This document shows positions 23,565 to 36,109 of a DNA stretch of 64,000 bases, piece by piece. The DNA is from Somniosus microcephalus (lineage: Eukaryota): NCBI GenBank assembly GCA_052327205.1, contig CM126220.1, forward strand, positions 51,894,001-51,958,000. The letters run 5' to 3'. Both the position numbers and the translations under genes were made by a program. Under the pieces are notes generated by a model. It did not search any database, was not told where the DNA came from, and worked only from the letters and a program-made list of their open reading frames with translations. The stretch's first letter is position 1, and every line of letters begins with the position of its first letter.

Positions 23565-23880
23565 CGAGTCCGCGCTACCGGCCCCAAGTCATCGCATTCC
23601 CCGGCCAGTTACGCCACGACTGAAAATCGCGCTGGGCTCGATTCGGCCCAGCCGCCGCCTCTCCAGCGCGGGTCGGAAAACAACGGCCAACCTCCCAGCG
23701 GAAGTCCCGCCCCTCTACCGCACTCCAATTGGACCGTTATCCTCGCTGACCGCTCGGTCCTCGATGTTCTTTGGAGCAGCCAACTGCCAATTAAACGTCC
23801 AGCGCTCGCTTTACGTGCCGTGACGTGACGCGTCAAGGCGTGCCAAAGGTCAAAGAGCTCAAAACAAAGGGCTGTCAGTC
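23565..23880. promoter_or_regulatory. CpG-rich bidirectional promoter of SPRING1/RNFT2
   Basis: High CpG density; ETS CGGAAGT 23699-23705, GC box CCCGCCC 23706-23712, CCAATTGG 23725-23732, CCAAT 23787-23791, CRE-like TGACGTGACGCGTCA 23821-23835. Confidence 0.75.
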
Positions 23881-24374
23881 ATGGTGACTGTAGCTGGGGG
23901 GAATGAATGGGGGTGAGATTGCAGCACTGGGGGGGTTTAATCTTAATCCCAAACTGCGCGGCGTGCACTACACTTAAAACGAAGCAATGTTATGAGCTAG
24001 TGCAAAGTGAACTGCATGTAGTGTTAAGTGTTAAACCTGGCGTTTCCGCGAGTGCTGTTAAAATGTAGTCGTCAGGTTATTATTGGCTGCAGGTAATGCT
24101 TAATTCCATTGTGGTATTAACGGCCTCAATCGGACAAGCGCAGCAAACCTGCTATTTGATAAGTTCTTAAGAGAATGTCTTAACATAAGGCAGAAGGATT
24201 CAATATTATGTTCTCTGTGATATGTAATTTCTGAAACGGCTCCATTTACTATTCGTCATATAGGAAAAAAATGTTGATTCGTGTTTCATTTTGTTGTTTT
24301 AATATCTATGTCAGTAAAACAACTTTTCATTGCATTTAGATTTTTTTTTCCAATTTAAGACGGACTGGAAGAAG

Positions 24375-24421
24375 ATGCAGAGAAGGCATAGTAGCAATGC
24401 TGATAACATCCCACCAGAAAG
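24375..24421 (+). CDS. RNFT2: RNFT2 first confident coding exon (MQRRHSSNADNIPPER)
   Basis: Matches recalled human MQRRHSSNTDNIPPER; acceptor TTTAAG ending 24359; donor AG|GTAAGT. Confidence 0.92.
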
Positions 24422-24896
24422 GTAAGTGTCTGCAGTGATTTGTGCAACCTGTTGGTTAAGTGTCAAGGCTGTCAATTTTGGAAATATGTAAAAAAAAATC
24501 GAACACTTGTACATTGCCTTATTGTGGGGATTTATTTTTTAATTAATTTCCTATGTTTAGAAATGGCAGTTGAAAAATGGAATCTTCTGTAACCCAGCTG
24601 TTTATTAAACTTCAGCTTTATTTAAATCATTTTGGTTTAAGCATAGCTCACTTCTCATCACTTAAGAAAAGATGTAATAGCATTGGAATAAGTTCACAAA
24701 AGGTCAGCATGCATTATATTGTGTTTTTTGGATTTCTTTGTGTTCCCTTTTAATGTCAGTTTGAACATTTTTAACTACTAACATCCAAGCCCCGATATTT
24801 ACAGGGGGTGATATTTGATACAGGTATAGTTACATTTTTAGGCACAACTTTTAAATGCAGTGTAGTTTGTGAACTTGGCTCATTTTCTCTTTTTAG

Positions 24897-25375
24897 GACA
24901 AGGAGTCAGACAGTTGGTTCAGAGACCAGTGTGGATGAGAACGGTGTTTTTGAAGGACTCAAACCTGAAAGCCCATCACCTCAGCAGATGTTTTCTGGTT
25001 TGACAGGTCTGCAATCAGGCCCAGTAACTGCCACTTCATTCCAGTCTGGTCTAGTTTTGGGGTCTTCTCTCAGTGCATCAGTTGGAAGTGGAGATGTGTT
25101 TATTCAGATGACCCCACAGGAAGAGGGAGCCATTCGCACAGAGAATATGCAGTACCATCATCGCCATCGGCATCATCATTATCACCACAACCACCATCGT
25201 TCCTCCCTGTTGCACGTTTCTGGTGATCGCCATGGAAATACAGAAGATGGCAGCGATGAACCTGGAACTCCTGCCCCAGCACTTTCAGAACTCAAGGCTG
25301 CAGTCACCTGGCTTCAGAAGGGGCTTCCTTTTATCTTAATATTGCTGGCTAAAGTTTGCTTTCAACACAAGCTTG
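24897..25375 (+). CDS. RNFT2: RNFT2 coding exon 2 (Ser-rich, His tract, first TM helix)
   Basis: SVDENGVFEGLK, GDVFIQM, His tract, PGTPAPALSELKA..WLQKGLPFILILLAKVCFQHKLG; TTTTAG acceptor and GTACGG donor; phases fit. Confidence 0.96.
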
Positions 25376-27189
25376 GTACGGGCATGTAGATGCTTCATTT
25401 AAAATTGTATTTACCAGTAACAGTTTGCCTGAGATGCATGTTGTTTGTTGACTGTTACTGGATTATTTATTACACTACGACAAATCTTGTACTTTCTCCT
25501 TGGCATCCCAGAACAAATTCTTTGGAGTCTCTGTGCTCACAGCAAGAAACCGGGTCAGTTGAGACATCTGTTCTTACTTACAGTTGTCTACATCTGCACG
25601 CTGTTACGGCAGCGAATACATCAACAATGTAACTTTAAGGGCAGAAGGTGATCTGCTTAAAGTCCTCAAAATACGTCTAACCAATTTTAAAAAAATAATA
25701 ATAATCTGCCCTTGTATGTAAACATTTTTATTCTGTTGGTCTGGAAGCTCATAATTTGTTATAAATTATTTCGTTAAGGAGGCTCTTTTCAATACATCCT
25801 AGTCCCCTTGAAATAATAGGAGTGTACATGCCTGTATCGTTGTGGATGCATTTTTTGTGCCCTCCTGTGCTACTGTTGTTAGTAAATTGTATCGTTTGAA
25901 CCTATTTTAAAATTTGATGAGATTAGTACCAGTGCATTTTAAGATAGCTGTCCTTTTGACTCCAGGCTTTACTTTTTAATTCAGGCTTGACATTAAGGTT
26001 TATTTAAAGGAGACATATCTCATTGAATTTTACCTTGATTCTAAATTTTGTGAAAGAAGATACCTATATAGTTATTTGTGTGTGTGTGTGCCAGTTTCCA
26101 GTTAATATTCCTGCATAAAAATCAAAGGCTGACATTTTACCCAGAACTCCGCCCAACGTGGCACTGGGTCAGTTCTGCTCCTGTGACATGAGGAGGATAG
26201 TGGGGAGCACTCCTTATTACTGGAACTTTATAGTTCTGCACAAAATGGCTGATTCCTGGCTGCCTCTAACTAACCAGCAGTTTTTTTTTAAAAACATATA
26301 AACAGGGGATGGCCAACTTATTTGGACATAACTTTTCTTTCCCCCTCTATTTAGCATTCAGATTATCTGAGTTTAAAAGTTCCAGTTTAGCATCCAACAA
26401 GCTTGGGCGTGCTCTATAAATCACATTAAATTGACCAGTTGTGACGAAAGGTCACTGACCTGAAACGTTAACTCTGTTTCTCTCTCCACAGATGCTGCCT
26501 GACCTGCTGAGTATTTCCTGTTTTTATATTACATTGACTAGAACTGTTTTATTTGTGATCTGTATAATGGAGCTGTGCCTTTTTATATTTTGGCTTTGTT
26601 CAGATTTATTTTTCAAATCTGAGTGGATACACAAAAACACGTAGTTTTAAGGTCAGACTGTTCTTGTGTGATTTGTCAGAGGTCCTGTTTTTAAAAAAAA
26701 AAACACTTATTTTTATTGCTTTTAATTGTTCAGGTCATAGCAATATTGAATTGAGCAACTATCACCTAGGAAACTTGTTCTGGCAGCGTTGATATCACTA
26801 ACACATTGCAGCTATGTTTGGGAGTGTTCCCAGTGATGCTAATTACAAGTAAGCCATAACTATCCAGTGCAAGAGAAGGATCACGATCATCCTGATTAGG
26901 AGGCCTAAGTGCACTTTGCCATTCTAAAATATTGCCAAGTAAGACACCTGGGGCTAAGCATTGCTCAGAGTGCCCTGAATATAATGGATATGTAATTAAT
27001 CCTGATTCATATGATACTTGTGTGAATGACACTGGATCCAGATGTTATTTGTTAATTCAGCTGTCTTGTGACGGTGTCCTGTTAAAACATTGATTTTTAA
27101 CTTCTAACATTTTTTGGCAGGGATAATCCGCTGACACCTTTCTAAATCTCCGGTGACACTACATACAATCTTGTTTTTTTTTAATGCAG

Positions 27190-27266
27190 GCATTGCTGTG
27201 TGTATTGGAATGGCAAATACCTTTGCATATGCGAACTTGACAGTTAAACACCAAGTTTCTTTAAGA
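27190..27266 (+). CDS. RNFT2: RNFT2 coding exon 3
   Basis: (G)IAVCIGMANTFAYANLTVKHQVSLR; TGCAG acceptor, GTAAGT donor. Confidence 0.95.
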
Positions 27267-27584
27267 GTAAGTATTTTACTATTTAGTGATTTTTCTGTCT
27301 CCTTCAATATACATTAAAAAAATATCCAATGTCCCTGGCCCCCCCAAAAAAATATTTTCTCGGCCTTTTTAGTTTCACTCTTTGTCTTTTGTCATGTGCT
27401 GTTCTGCAGATGAAGAAGAGCAGAATAGCATGGGTTGCCCCCAGTTTTTCTTTCTAGTACTATTGGAAAGTGCCTTTGCTCCACTTTGGATTTGCAATAC
27501 CCTTTCCTCACCATCACTTGGTTAAAATCAGTGGAAAGTCATAGGACTCTGACCTGCCACTCAAAACCTTGGGGTTCCTTAGGT

Positions 27585-27960
27585 TCAGGTAGCATAGTGG
27601 TTATGTTACTAGACTAGTAATCCAGGTAGGCCTAATTAAGTATCTGGAGGAGCTAGTTCAAATCTCACCACGGCAGCTGGGGAATTTAAATTCAATTAAA
27701 ATAAGCTGGAATTAAAACAATAGTATTAGTAATGGTGATCATGAAACTACCAGATTGTTGTAAAAACCCATCTGGTTCACTAATGCCCTTCAGGGAAGGA
27801 AATCTGCCATCTTTACCTGACCTACATGTGACTCCAGACCCACAGCAATGTGGTTTACTCTTAACTCTGAAATGGCCTAGCAAGCCCCTCAGTTGTACAA
27901 AGTGGCTCACCACCACCTTCTTAAGCTTGCCAGTGACGCCCACATCCCATGAATGATTTT
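27585..27960 (+). mobile_element. tRNA-derived SINE with LINE-like 3' tail
   Basis: A-box-like AGCATAGTGG and B-box-like GTTCAAATC; 3' end (GCTCACCACCACCTTC..CACATCCCATGAATGA) shared with the LINE ends at 5110-5200 and 57330-57417. Confidence 0.75.
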
Positions 27961-29284
27961 TTTTTTTAAAGGTACATTTCTTAAGTGGGTTAGGACAGTA
28001 TAAATTCAGTATAGTAAGATGTATTGGGATCCGGTGTAAACTGGAAGTGAATACACATGCCACTGTTTACTGTCAGTAAATAAGTGGATTTGAAAGATCG
28101 TATCAGATTCAGCTTCTGTCATTTTCATGATTTATTAGCATAGAATAGAATCATAGAATGGTTATAGCACGAAAGAAGGCCATTCAGCCCATCGAGCCGG
28201 TGCCAGCTCTCTGCAAGAGCAGCTCAGCTAGTCCCATTCCTCCGCCCTTTCCCCGTAGCCCTGCAAATTTCTTTCCTTCAGATACTTATCCAACTCCCTT
28301 TTGAAAGCTGTGATATTGTCATTGTATTGATTACTTGACTACAGCTAGGTTTTGACATTTTGCCTGGGGTATTGTTTCATGGGTGCTGGCTTCCTTCCAG
28401 TAGCTTACCCAAATTGCCATCCTCATGTGAGCCCAGATAGTAAGTCTTGACAAGCAGTTCAGCTATCGGAGAGCATTACAACAGAGTCCAGTCTGTCCTC
28501 AATCGACATCCACACAAGCAGTTTCCAGCAGGACCCACTGGATCGCTGTCGGGGGTGGGAACCTTGTCTGATTTCTCCTCTCTGTAGCTCCCTACTGCTA
28601 TCCTGTCTGAGATCAACTAACTTGGCACAGACAAGGTCTGTAACTAATTACACAGTTGATTATAGTTAATGTTCTGTCCGCAGTTCCTGCTTCTGACATT
28701 TTGCAGAGGTGGAAAAATGTTATTTGTGTTATTTTCTGTTGATTAGCTATCGATTTATCAGTTGACAATGTTGTAGTGATTCTATCATAGCGAAGAATCC
28801 TTTAACATTGACATTATCACAGACCAACCACATGGAACATGATCCTGGCAGTTGAGGTTCCCTTTATAACTTTCCTGAGGAAAAAAGAGCAAGGCACAGT
28901 AAAATTGCTTCACGTTGTGTTATAAAAATAGAGATTACGGAGCAATTTACAGTGGAGTAATCTCCTCTTCAAAGTTGAGCTCACTCTTATAAATCATTCA
29001 GGTTTTGTTGTCACTTTGGACCCCTGAGTGAGCTCACTGCCCTGTAATTCTTCTTGAGTAGTTTCATGTGTATAAAATGGAAAGTGTCATTCACTGCTCT
29101 TGCCACATGTTGCACTCACTATGTATTGCACTTTCCAATTAATCTAAAGAGCTGACTAATGATGTTAAAGGCATTACTTGACAGCTGACTGCTGCTCTAC
29201 ATGTGGGCCCACTTCTGTTTTTAAAAATTATGTCCACAATTGTTTTTTGTAACCTATTGACTGGATTTTTTTTTCCCAGCCTCA

Positions 29285-30312
29285 CATCGTTACCTCCAAA
29301 GCCCCCAAGGATGTATCCTTGGCCCCCTTCTCTTCTACTTTCTGCCTCTTTGTGACACCATCAGCAGACATGGGGTCAGCTTCTACATGTATGCTAACAA
29401 CATTCAGCTCTAATTCTCCACCACACCTCTCGACCCTTCAACTGCCTCTCTGTTGTTAGACTGCTTATCCGACATCCAGGCTTCGATGAGTTGCTATTTC
29501 CTGCAGCTAAATATTGGGGAAGACTGAAGCCATCGTCTTCAGCCCCCGCCACAAACTCCATACCCTTGCCACTGATTCCATCCCCCTCCCCGGCCACCGT
29601 CTCGGACTGAATCAGATTGTTCACAACATCTGTGTCCGAGTCAGCCCTGAGCTGAGCGTCTGACCCCCATATCTTCTCCATTACAAAGACCACCTACTCC
29701 CAACTCCGTAACATCGTCGCATCTAACTCTACCTCAGCCCATCTATTACTGAAACCCTCATTCATACCTCTACCACCATCAGTTTTGACTCCTGGCCAGC
29801 ATCCTATCCGTCACCCTCCGTAAACTTCAGTTTATTCAGTACTCTGCTGCCTAGATCCTCCCCTGCACCAAGTCCTGGTCACCCATCACCTCTGCCCTCG
29901 TTGACCTATATTGGCTTCTGGATCCTCAAATTTAAAATTCTCATCTTGTGTTTAAATCTCTTCATAGCCTTGCCCCCTCCCTATCTCTGGAATCTCCTTT
30001 AGCCCTATAACTCCCTCCCCCCCAAACTCATCATTCCTCTGACTCTGGTCTCTTGTGCACCCTCCTTCCTTCACCCCACCATTGGTGGCCTTGCCTTCAG
30101 TCGCCTAGGCCACACACTCTGGGATTCCCTCTCTAAACCCCTCTGCTTCTCCACCTCCCTCTCTGCCTTTAAGACCATCCTTAAAACCCACATCTTTTTG
30201 GTCACCCCTGTTAATATCTCCTTTAGCTCAGCATCCATTTTTTTGATTATACCTCTGTGAGGCGCCTTGGCTCATTTCTCTGTTAAATGCACTATATCAA
30301 TACAAGTTGTTG
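29285..30312 (+). mobile_element. L2 LINE 3' fragment
   Basis: Decayed PQG..LGP, YA, KTEAIVF and H/YWL motifs; tail TACAAGTTGTTG. Confidence 0.8.
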
Positions 30313-30521
30313 TCGATCTCCCATGGTGCAGCTTCTGATCGGTTAGAGGTTACACTATTTTATATAGACAAGAGCTTTACATCGTGCAAAGCGCAATGTA
30401 TGTGCAATATCTATATTCCTTAAAAGTAAACATGAACCCTGAAAGAAAAACAGCCAGCAGATCCTTTTTTTTGTTTTTGAACCTTTTTAATGTTCTTGTT
30501 GCTTGATTTTTTTTTGGACAG

Positions 30522-30622
30522 GAAAAAAGATCAGTACTTGTAACCCTGTGGATACTGATGTTCCTCACTGGGAACACGTTGTTTTTGTATTATACTTTCA
30601 GTGCCCAGCAGCTCTATAAAAG
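30522..30622 (+). CDS. RNFT2: RNFT2 coding exon 4
   Basis: EKRSVLVTLWILMFLTGNTLFLYYTFSAQQLYK(S); GACAG acceptor, AG|GTAAGA donor. Confidence 0.95.
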
Positions 30623-32167
30623 GTAAGACTCTTGAGTATAGTTTATTGTGTGCTTTAAAATTGTATTTTAAAAATTGTATTGCTTATTGGAAGTTGAGTT
30701 GTGATTGAGTTTTATTTTAAAATTCTTGGGATATGGACGTCGCTGGCAAGCCCGGCATTTATTGCCCACCTTTAGTTCCCCTGAGACGATAAAGGTGGAC
30801 CTTCCCCTTGAATCACAGATAGCAGTTTGAGACAACTGAGTGGCTTGCAAGGCCACTTCAGAGGGCAGTTAAGAGCCAACCATGTTGGTTACCTTCCCTA
30901 AAGGGCATTAGTTATTGGACTTGATAGTAACAAAAAAATTGGAATTGAGCTCAACAACGCTAATGTTATGTTAGCTTTTTGAATTCTGCATCAATACAAA
31001 CAGCAGCAGGAGTATTGACGCATGTTCGACCACTGTTTATCCATCGCTCAGTCTGTGAATTTGTAATTTATTGGATTGGGTAGGATAAAAGTAGAAATAG
31101 ATAAAGAGGAGGTAGTAAAAAGGTTGGCAGTACTCAAAGTAGAAAAGTCACCCGGTCTGGATGGGATGCATCCTAGGTTGCTGAGGGAAGTAAGGGTGGA
31201 AATTGCAGCTGCTCTGGCCACAATCTTCCAATCCTCCTTGGATGTGGGAGTGGTGCCAGAGAACTGGAGGATTGTAAATGTTACACCCCTGTTCAAAAAG
31301 GTGAGGGGGATAAACCCGGCAATTACAGGTCAGTCAGCCTAACGTCCGTGGTAGGGAAACATTTAGTCATTAATCGAGGACAAAATTAATTGCCATTTGG
31401 AAAAATATGGGTTAATAAATGAAAGCCATCACGGATTTGTTAAAAGCAAATCGTATTTGACTAACTTGATTGAGTTCTTTGAACTAACGGAAAGAGTTGA
31501 TGAGGGTAGCGCGGCTGATGTTGTGTACATGGACTTTCCAAAGGTGTTTGATAAAGTACCACATAATAGATTTGTTAGCAAAATTGAAGCCCATCGGGTT
31601 AAAGGGGCAGTGGCTACATGGATACGAAATTGGCTAAGGGACAGAAAGCAGAGAGTCGTGTTGAACAGTAGTTTTTCAGACTGGAGAGAAGTGTGCCGTG
31701 GTGTCCCCCAGGGGTCGGTGTTGGGATCACTGCTCTTTTTGATATATATTAATGACTTAGACTTGGGTATACAGGGCATCATTTCAGCGTTTGCAGATGA
31801 CAAAACTCAGAAATGTAGTAAAAAGTAAGGAGGATAATAATTGACTTCAGGAGGACGTAGGCAGACTGGTGAAATGGGCAGACACATGGCAGGTGAAATT
31901 TTACATCGAGAAGTGTGAAGTGATACATTTTGGTAGGAAGAATGAGGAGAGGCAATATAAACTAAATGGTACAATTTTAAAGTGGGTGCAGGAACTGAGA
32001 GACCTGGGGGTGTGCGTATACAAGCCTGAAGGCAGCAGGACAAGTTGAGCAGGTTGTTAAAGCCAAGGATCCCGTATGCCTTTTTATTAATGGAGGCATA
32101 GAGTACAAAAGCAAGGAAGTTATGCTAAATCTTTATAAAACACCGGTTAGGCCCCAGCTGAAGTATT

Positions 32168-34002
32168 GGCCCCGATTTTCTGGCCACCGTCGAGCGGCTT
32201 TTCAGGCGGCCGGGGGTCGAAAAAGCGGGTCGCGACCCCCCCCCCCCCCCTTCTGACTTTCGGACCGCCGTTTCCCCGCGACCCGCTTCAGTCCCGGTCG
32301 CCGCTGGCGGGACTGGGAGTCGGCACACTAATGACCAATAATTACCTTGTTGAAGATGATTTTTTGGGGCAGTTGCGACTTTGGGGCTTTCCCCACATCA
32401 AACACGCCTGCGGGGAACACCGCTGATGAGACCTGGTGTGAAGCTTGCCGGCTTGCTTGCTGTCAGCTGCAGGTCAGGGAAAGCTGCGATTTAAAGGGAC
32501 AGCACTTGTATGTTGAAGGACCTTGTTGTTGCAGGTTTGGGGCTACTTCTTCAAGGCTTAGGCACAGCTGTGGAAGGTTGGAGCCTCACACACTTCTCCA
32601 ATGTGATCTCCTGGGAAGCCCCTCTCGCCACCCTCACTCAGCACTTCCTCAGCAGAGGCATCTGCGAGAAGCATGGGACGCCATTTTTTCCTTCCCTTCT
32701 TGCCATTACAGGATCTCCAGCAGCAGAGGCGGCAGCAGCAGAACCAAGAACAGCAGGATGAGCACCAGGCTGCTGCTCACTCACCTGAAGCTGCACAGGC
32801 CAGAAGGGGCCAGCGCTTGGAAGTGGCTTGAGAGCACCTTGCTGCGCTTTTGGGGGCCATGGGGACCCGTTTCTGCACTGGCAGTCCTACTCAGAAGGAC
32901 TTCCATGAAGATCTGGTTTCTCTGTTCAACAGATGGCCAACGCTCCTCAAGAGATGTCATTCTCTTATGAGCACTCACCATGTTTTCCGTACCCTGGCAA
33001 GTTATCTCCTCCATGGAGGTTGCCAACCTTTCCATGGTGATGCGTTCATGCGCCAATGACTCCACAAAGGCTCTGCTCATGGTCGCTATGGACTCCTCCA
33101 TTCGCTCCACACTTGCAGCGACCCTGGAGACAAAACCTGCCAGAGACTCCTGCATCTGTGCATGGAGATCCATCACCTCTTCTCTTGCGGATGGACCCAG
33201 AGGCAGAGGGTCGACATGCAGCGCAGCTGAGCTGGCAGAGTCCTGCGCCCTCCGACGAGGACTCTCCACTGCTGTCCCTGTCTCCAGAATCTGCTGAGGC
33301 TCACTTGTGAAACACCAGGTGACAACACTACTCTGTCCCGAAGGTCCCCCCGATGTGTGAGTGTCTGCGCTGGTGCTGGGTGCGCTTACTTCTGCTGACG
33401 CTGTGCCCTCAGAGGTTGGAGCTTCCTCTGAGGAGTCTGGCTGCACAGCCTCTTCCTCCTCCACAGTGAGGACGGGGGCTCTGGATGGTACTGTGGGGGA
33501 GTAAAGGAAGGAGTTAGAGATGTAATGCCAAGGTTCTTCTGGTGACTCCCAGTGAGTTGGCATCTGCTGACACCTGCATCCATGCAGCATTGGTCTTAGT
33601 GGGAGGCCTCTTCCTCCCTGACCTCGGGAAGAGGACCTCCCTGTGGGCCCTAACCCCATCCAATAATGCCTGCAGTGAAGCCTCGTCCAATTTGAAGGCA
33701 GCTCGGGGTCTGGCACTGGCCACAGCTGCTACAGGCTCCTCTGCCATCCTGTATGGTTCGTTTGGAAGCCTTCAGAGGATGCAGTGCTTGCTATGGACCT
33801 TGAAAACACCATGAATGATGACATCATACTGTGGTGATTTCTGACTCAAATTGGACAATTAGCAAGGCTTCCTACATGCTGGGAATTAATTAGTCAATTG
33901 AGGGAAAATTGCGTGGAGCTGGCTGACACTTTTTTATGTGTGTCAGAAACCCCACATTCGGGGAAACCCGACCATTTCCCACACAAGCCGAAAATCGGGG
34001 CC
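32168..34002. mobile_element. Internally deleted PIF/Harbinger DNA transposon with Myb/SANT-like ORF remnants (minus strand 32781-33747)
   Basis: Perfect 13-bp TIR GGCCCCGATTTTC/GAAAATCGGGGCC; 3-bp TSD ATT; RAAFKLDEASLQALLDGVRAHREVLF..AW.QV..TRRT Myb/SANT-like segment; no DDE core seen. Confidence 0.88.
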
Positions 34003-34382
34003 ATTGTGTCCAATTTTGGGCACCACACTTTAGGATGGATGTCATTGCCTTCGAGAGGGTGCAGAGGAGATTTACTAGAATGGTACCAGGGATGAAAGAC
34101 TTCAGTTACGTGGAGAGACTAGGGTTGTTCTCCTTAGCGCAGAGAAGATTAAAGGGAGATTTGATAGACATGCTCAAAACCATGAAGGGTTCTGATTGAC
34201 TAAATAAGTAGAAACTGTTTCCAGTGGGAGAGGACACAGATTTAAGATAATTAGCAAAGGAACCAGAGGCGACATGAGGAGAAAAAAAATTACACAGCGA
34301 GTTGTTATGATCTGGCATGCACTACACAAAGGGCAGTGAAAGCAGATTTAATAACTGGCAAAAGGGAATTGAATAAATACTG

Positions 34383-36109
34383 TTGGGGCGGGGGGGTTCA
34401 GGAGGTCAGTGGGCGCGTTTGGTGGGAGGTCGGGTGGGAAAAATTTTTTTGACCGGGTAGGGAACCCACTGTCAACCTGCCTCCACGCTAGTCTTCCAGA
34501 TGTCTGGTCTGTCATTGCTGAACAGACCTGACACCAAGCGGCGGGGGAGACACTTCAGAATATTAAGAGCTTGTTAATAGGCACTTAAAATCTAAAGGTG
34601 CGTTTAAAATAGTTTTTAAGAGTTCGCCCACAGCTTTCCTGCTGCTCGGGGATCACGTCAGGTAAGGAGGTCGGGAGTTGCGTCAGCAGGTGATGATTTC
34701 TTAACTTGACAGCTGCAAATCTTCTATAAAAGCTCCCATTTCATAGCTGTTCACTTTCCAAGGTTAGATGCTGTTGCTTACTTCATTTGAAAGACCGGTT
34801 GAGCTTTATGCAGCTTGCAAGCAAACTCTATCCAGTGTCACCTCATTGGAACAACCTCTCTCACCATTGACATCGCTTCTGTCTTGTCAACTTCACCTGC
34901 CATCTATTCCATAAGCATCGGTGCCCTTGAAACGATCTCACCGTGGTCCTCAGAATCCCACCACGATCAGCCCGCACACAAGCAGCACCACCAACAACAA
35001 CACCAACCTTCTCTGCAATCAACTGATGCTGCACAGGACAGAGGGCATCAGCACCCAACCATATTGCTGCCCGGGACGCCAGGGATGGCCTCACCATAGC
35101 CAGATTTACTTCACTTGACGCTAAACGCCCTGACTGCCACATGATGTGCCAGGTTGGCACCGCACCACCCCAGACCAACACCATAAAGCATCCCTACAAT
35201 GCCCAAGCCATTCCTTTCACACTCATCGCCATTGCGGGAGTTACTGTAATGTCTCACCATTCACTGCAACTCACTAAGCCACTTCCAAAGGTGCACACAC
35301 ATCTGTCCAAGAAAAAATAAAGATTTCAATGTTTGACAGCACATTAACAGAAACTTCACATAAACATTGGCTAAGACACCCCAGAGCCTACCCTTGTGTG
35401 TTAGTTGGCATGATTGGACTAGGATGAGGGTGAGTGTGAGGGCTGGCTAGTGAGATGGGGATGTGATGATGTAGATAGAGAGGGATAGGTGGAGGTGCAA
35501 GGTAAGTTGGTGTGAGTAAGGATGTGCAGGAGTAGGATAGGGCAGGCAGAGTGATGGGGATCTGATGAGTGGCACAGTAGGATGAAGTTGAGTGTGGCTT
35601 TGCAGTAACATTTTGTGATCTACTGAGATCATTGAAAGGTTTGCGCCACTGAAGCCTGGTCCTCCTGACGACATCCCTGCTTTTGTCCTCCTGTGCAATG
35701 TGCAACCAGGCTGCATTGATCTCCTGTGGAGGTCTCTTCCACCCATTGGAAGGGAAGAGAATCTCCCTGCGTGCAGTGACTCCCTACATAAGCATATGGA
35801 GGGAGTCATGGGAGAACCTGGGTGCAGCCTTGCACCTCTGTGCAGTTCTTGTCAGTGTTTGCAGCACCTCAATGCTGTAGAACACTGACAGCACAACTGT
35901 CAAAATCAATTTGCGCATGGTCCCTTTAAGGATCAAGTGACGTCATCAGACCCGCTTCCTTCAATTGGCCGGGAAACGTGCTGGGCGGGCTTAACAAGCC
36001 CAATCAGCGTAAAATCATTTCACATAGCGGGATGGAGCCAGCAGCGGGGTCGCATCCCACCACCGACCCCGGCCGCCCCGGACCCACCGAGGTAGGCGAA
36101 ATCACGGCC
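34383..36109. mobile_element. Second deleted Harbinger-type element with decayed Myb/SANT ORF (minus, about 35610-35850)
   Basis: AAPRFSHDSL..REILFP..AWLHIAQE..RRTRLQWRKPFNDL; right end GAAATCACGGCC resembles the neighbour's TIR; left TIR not found. Confidence 0.75.

Noticed and set aside
25150-25200. His-rich tract in RNFT2 as a novelty
   Set aside because: A His-rich stretch is present at the same place in mammalian RNFT2 as I recall it.
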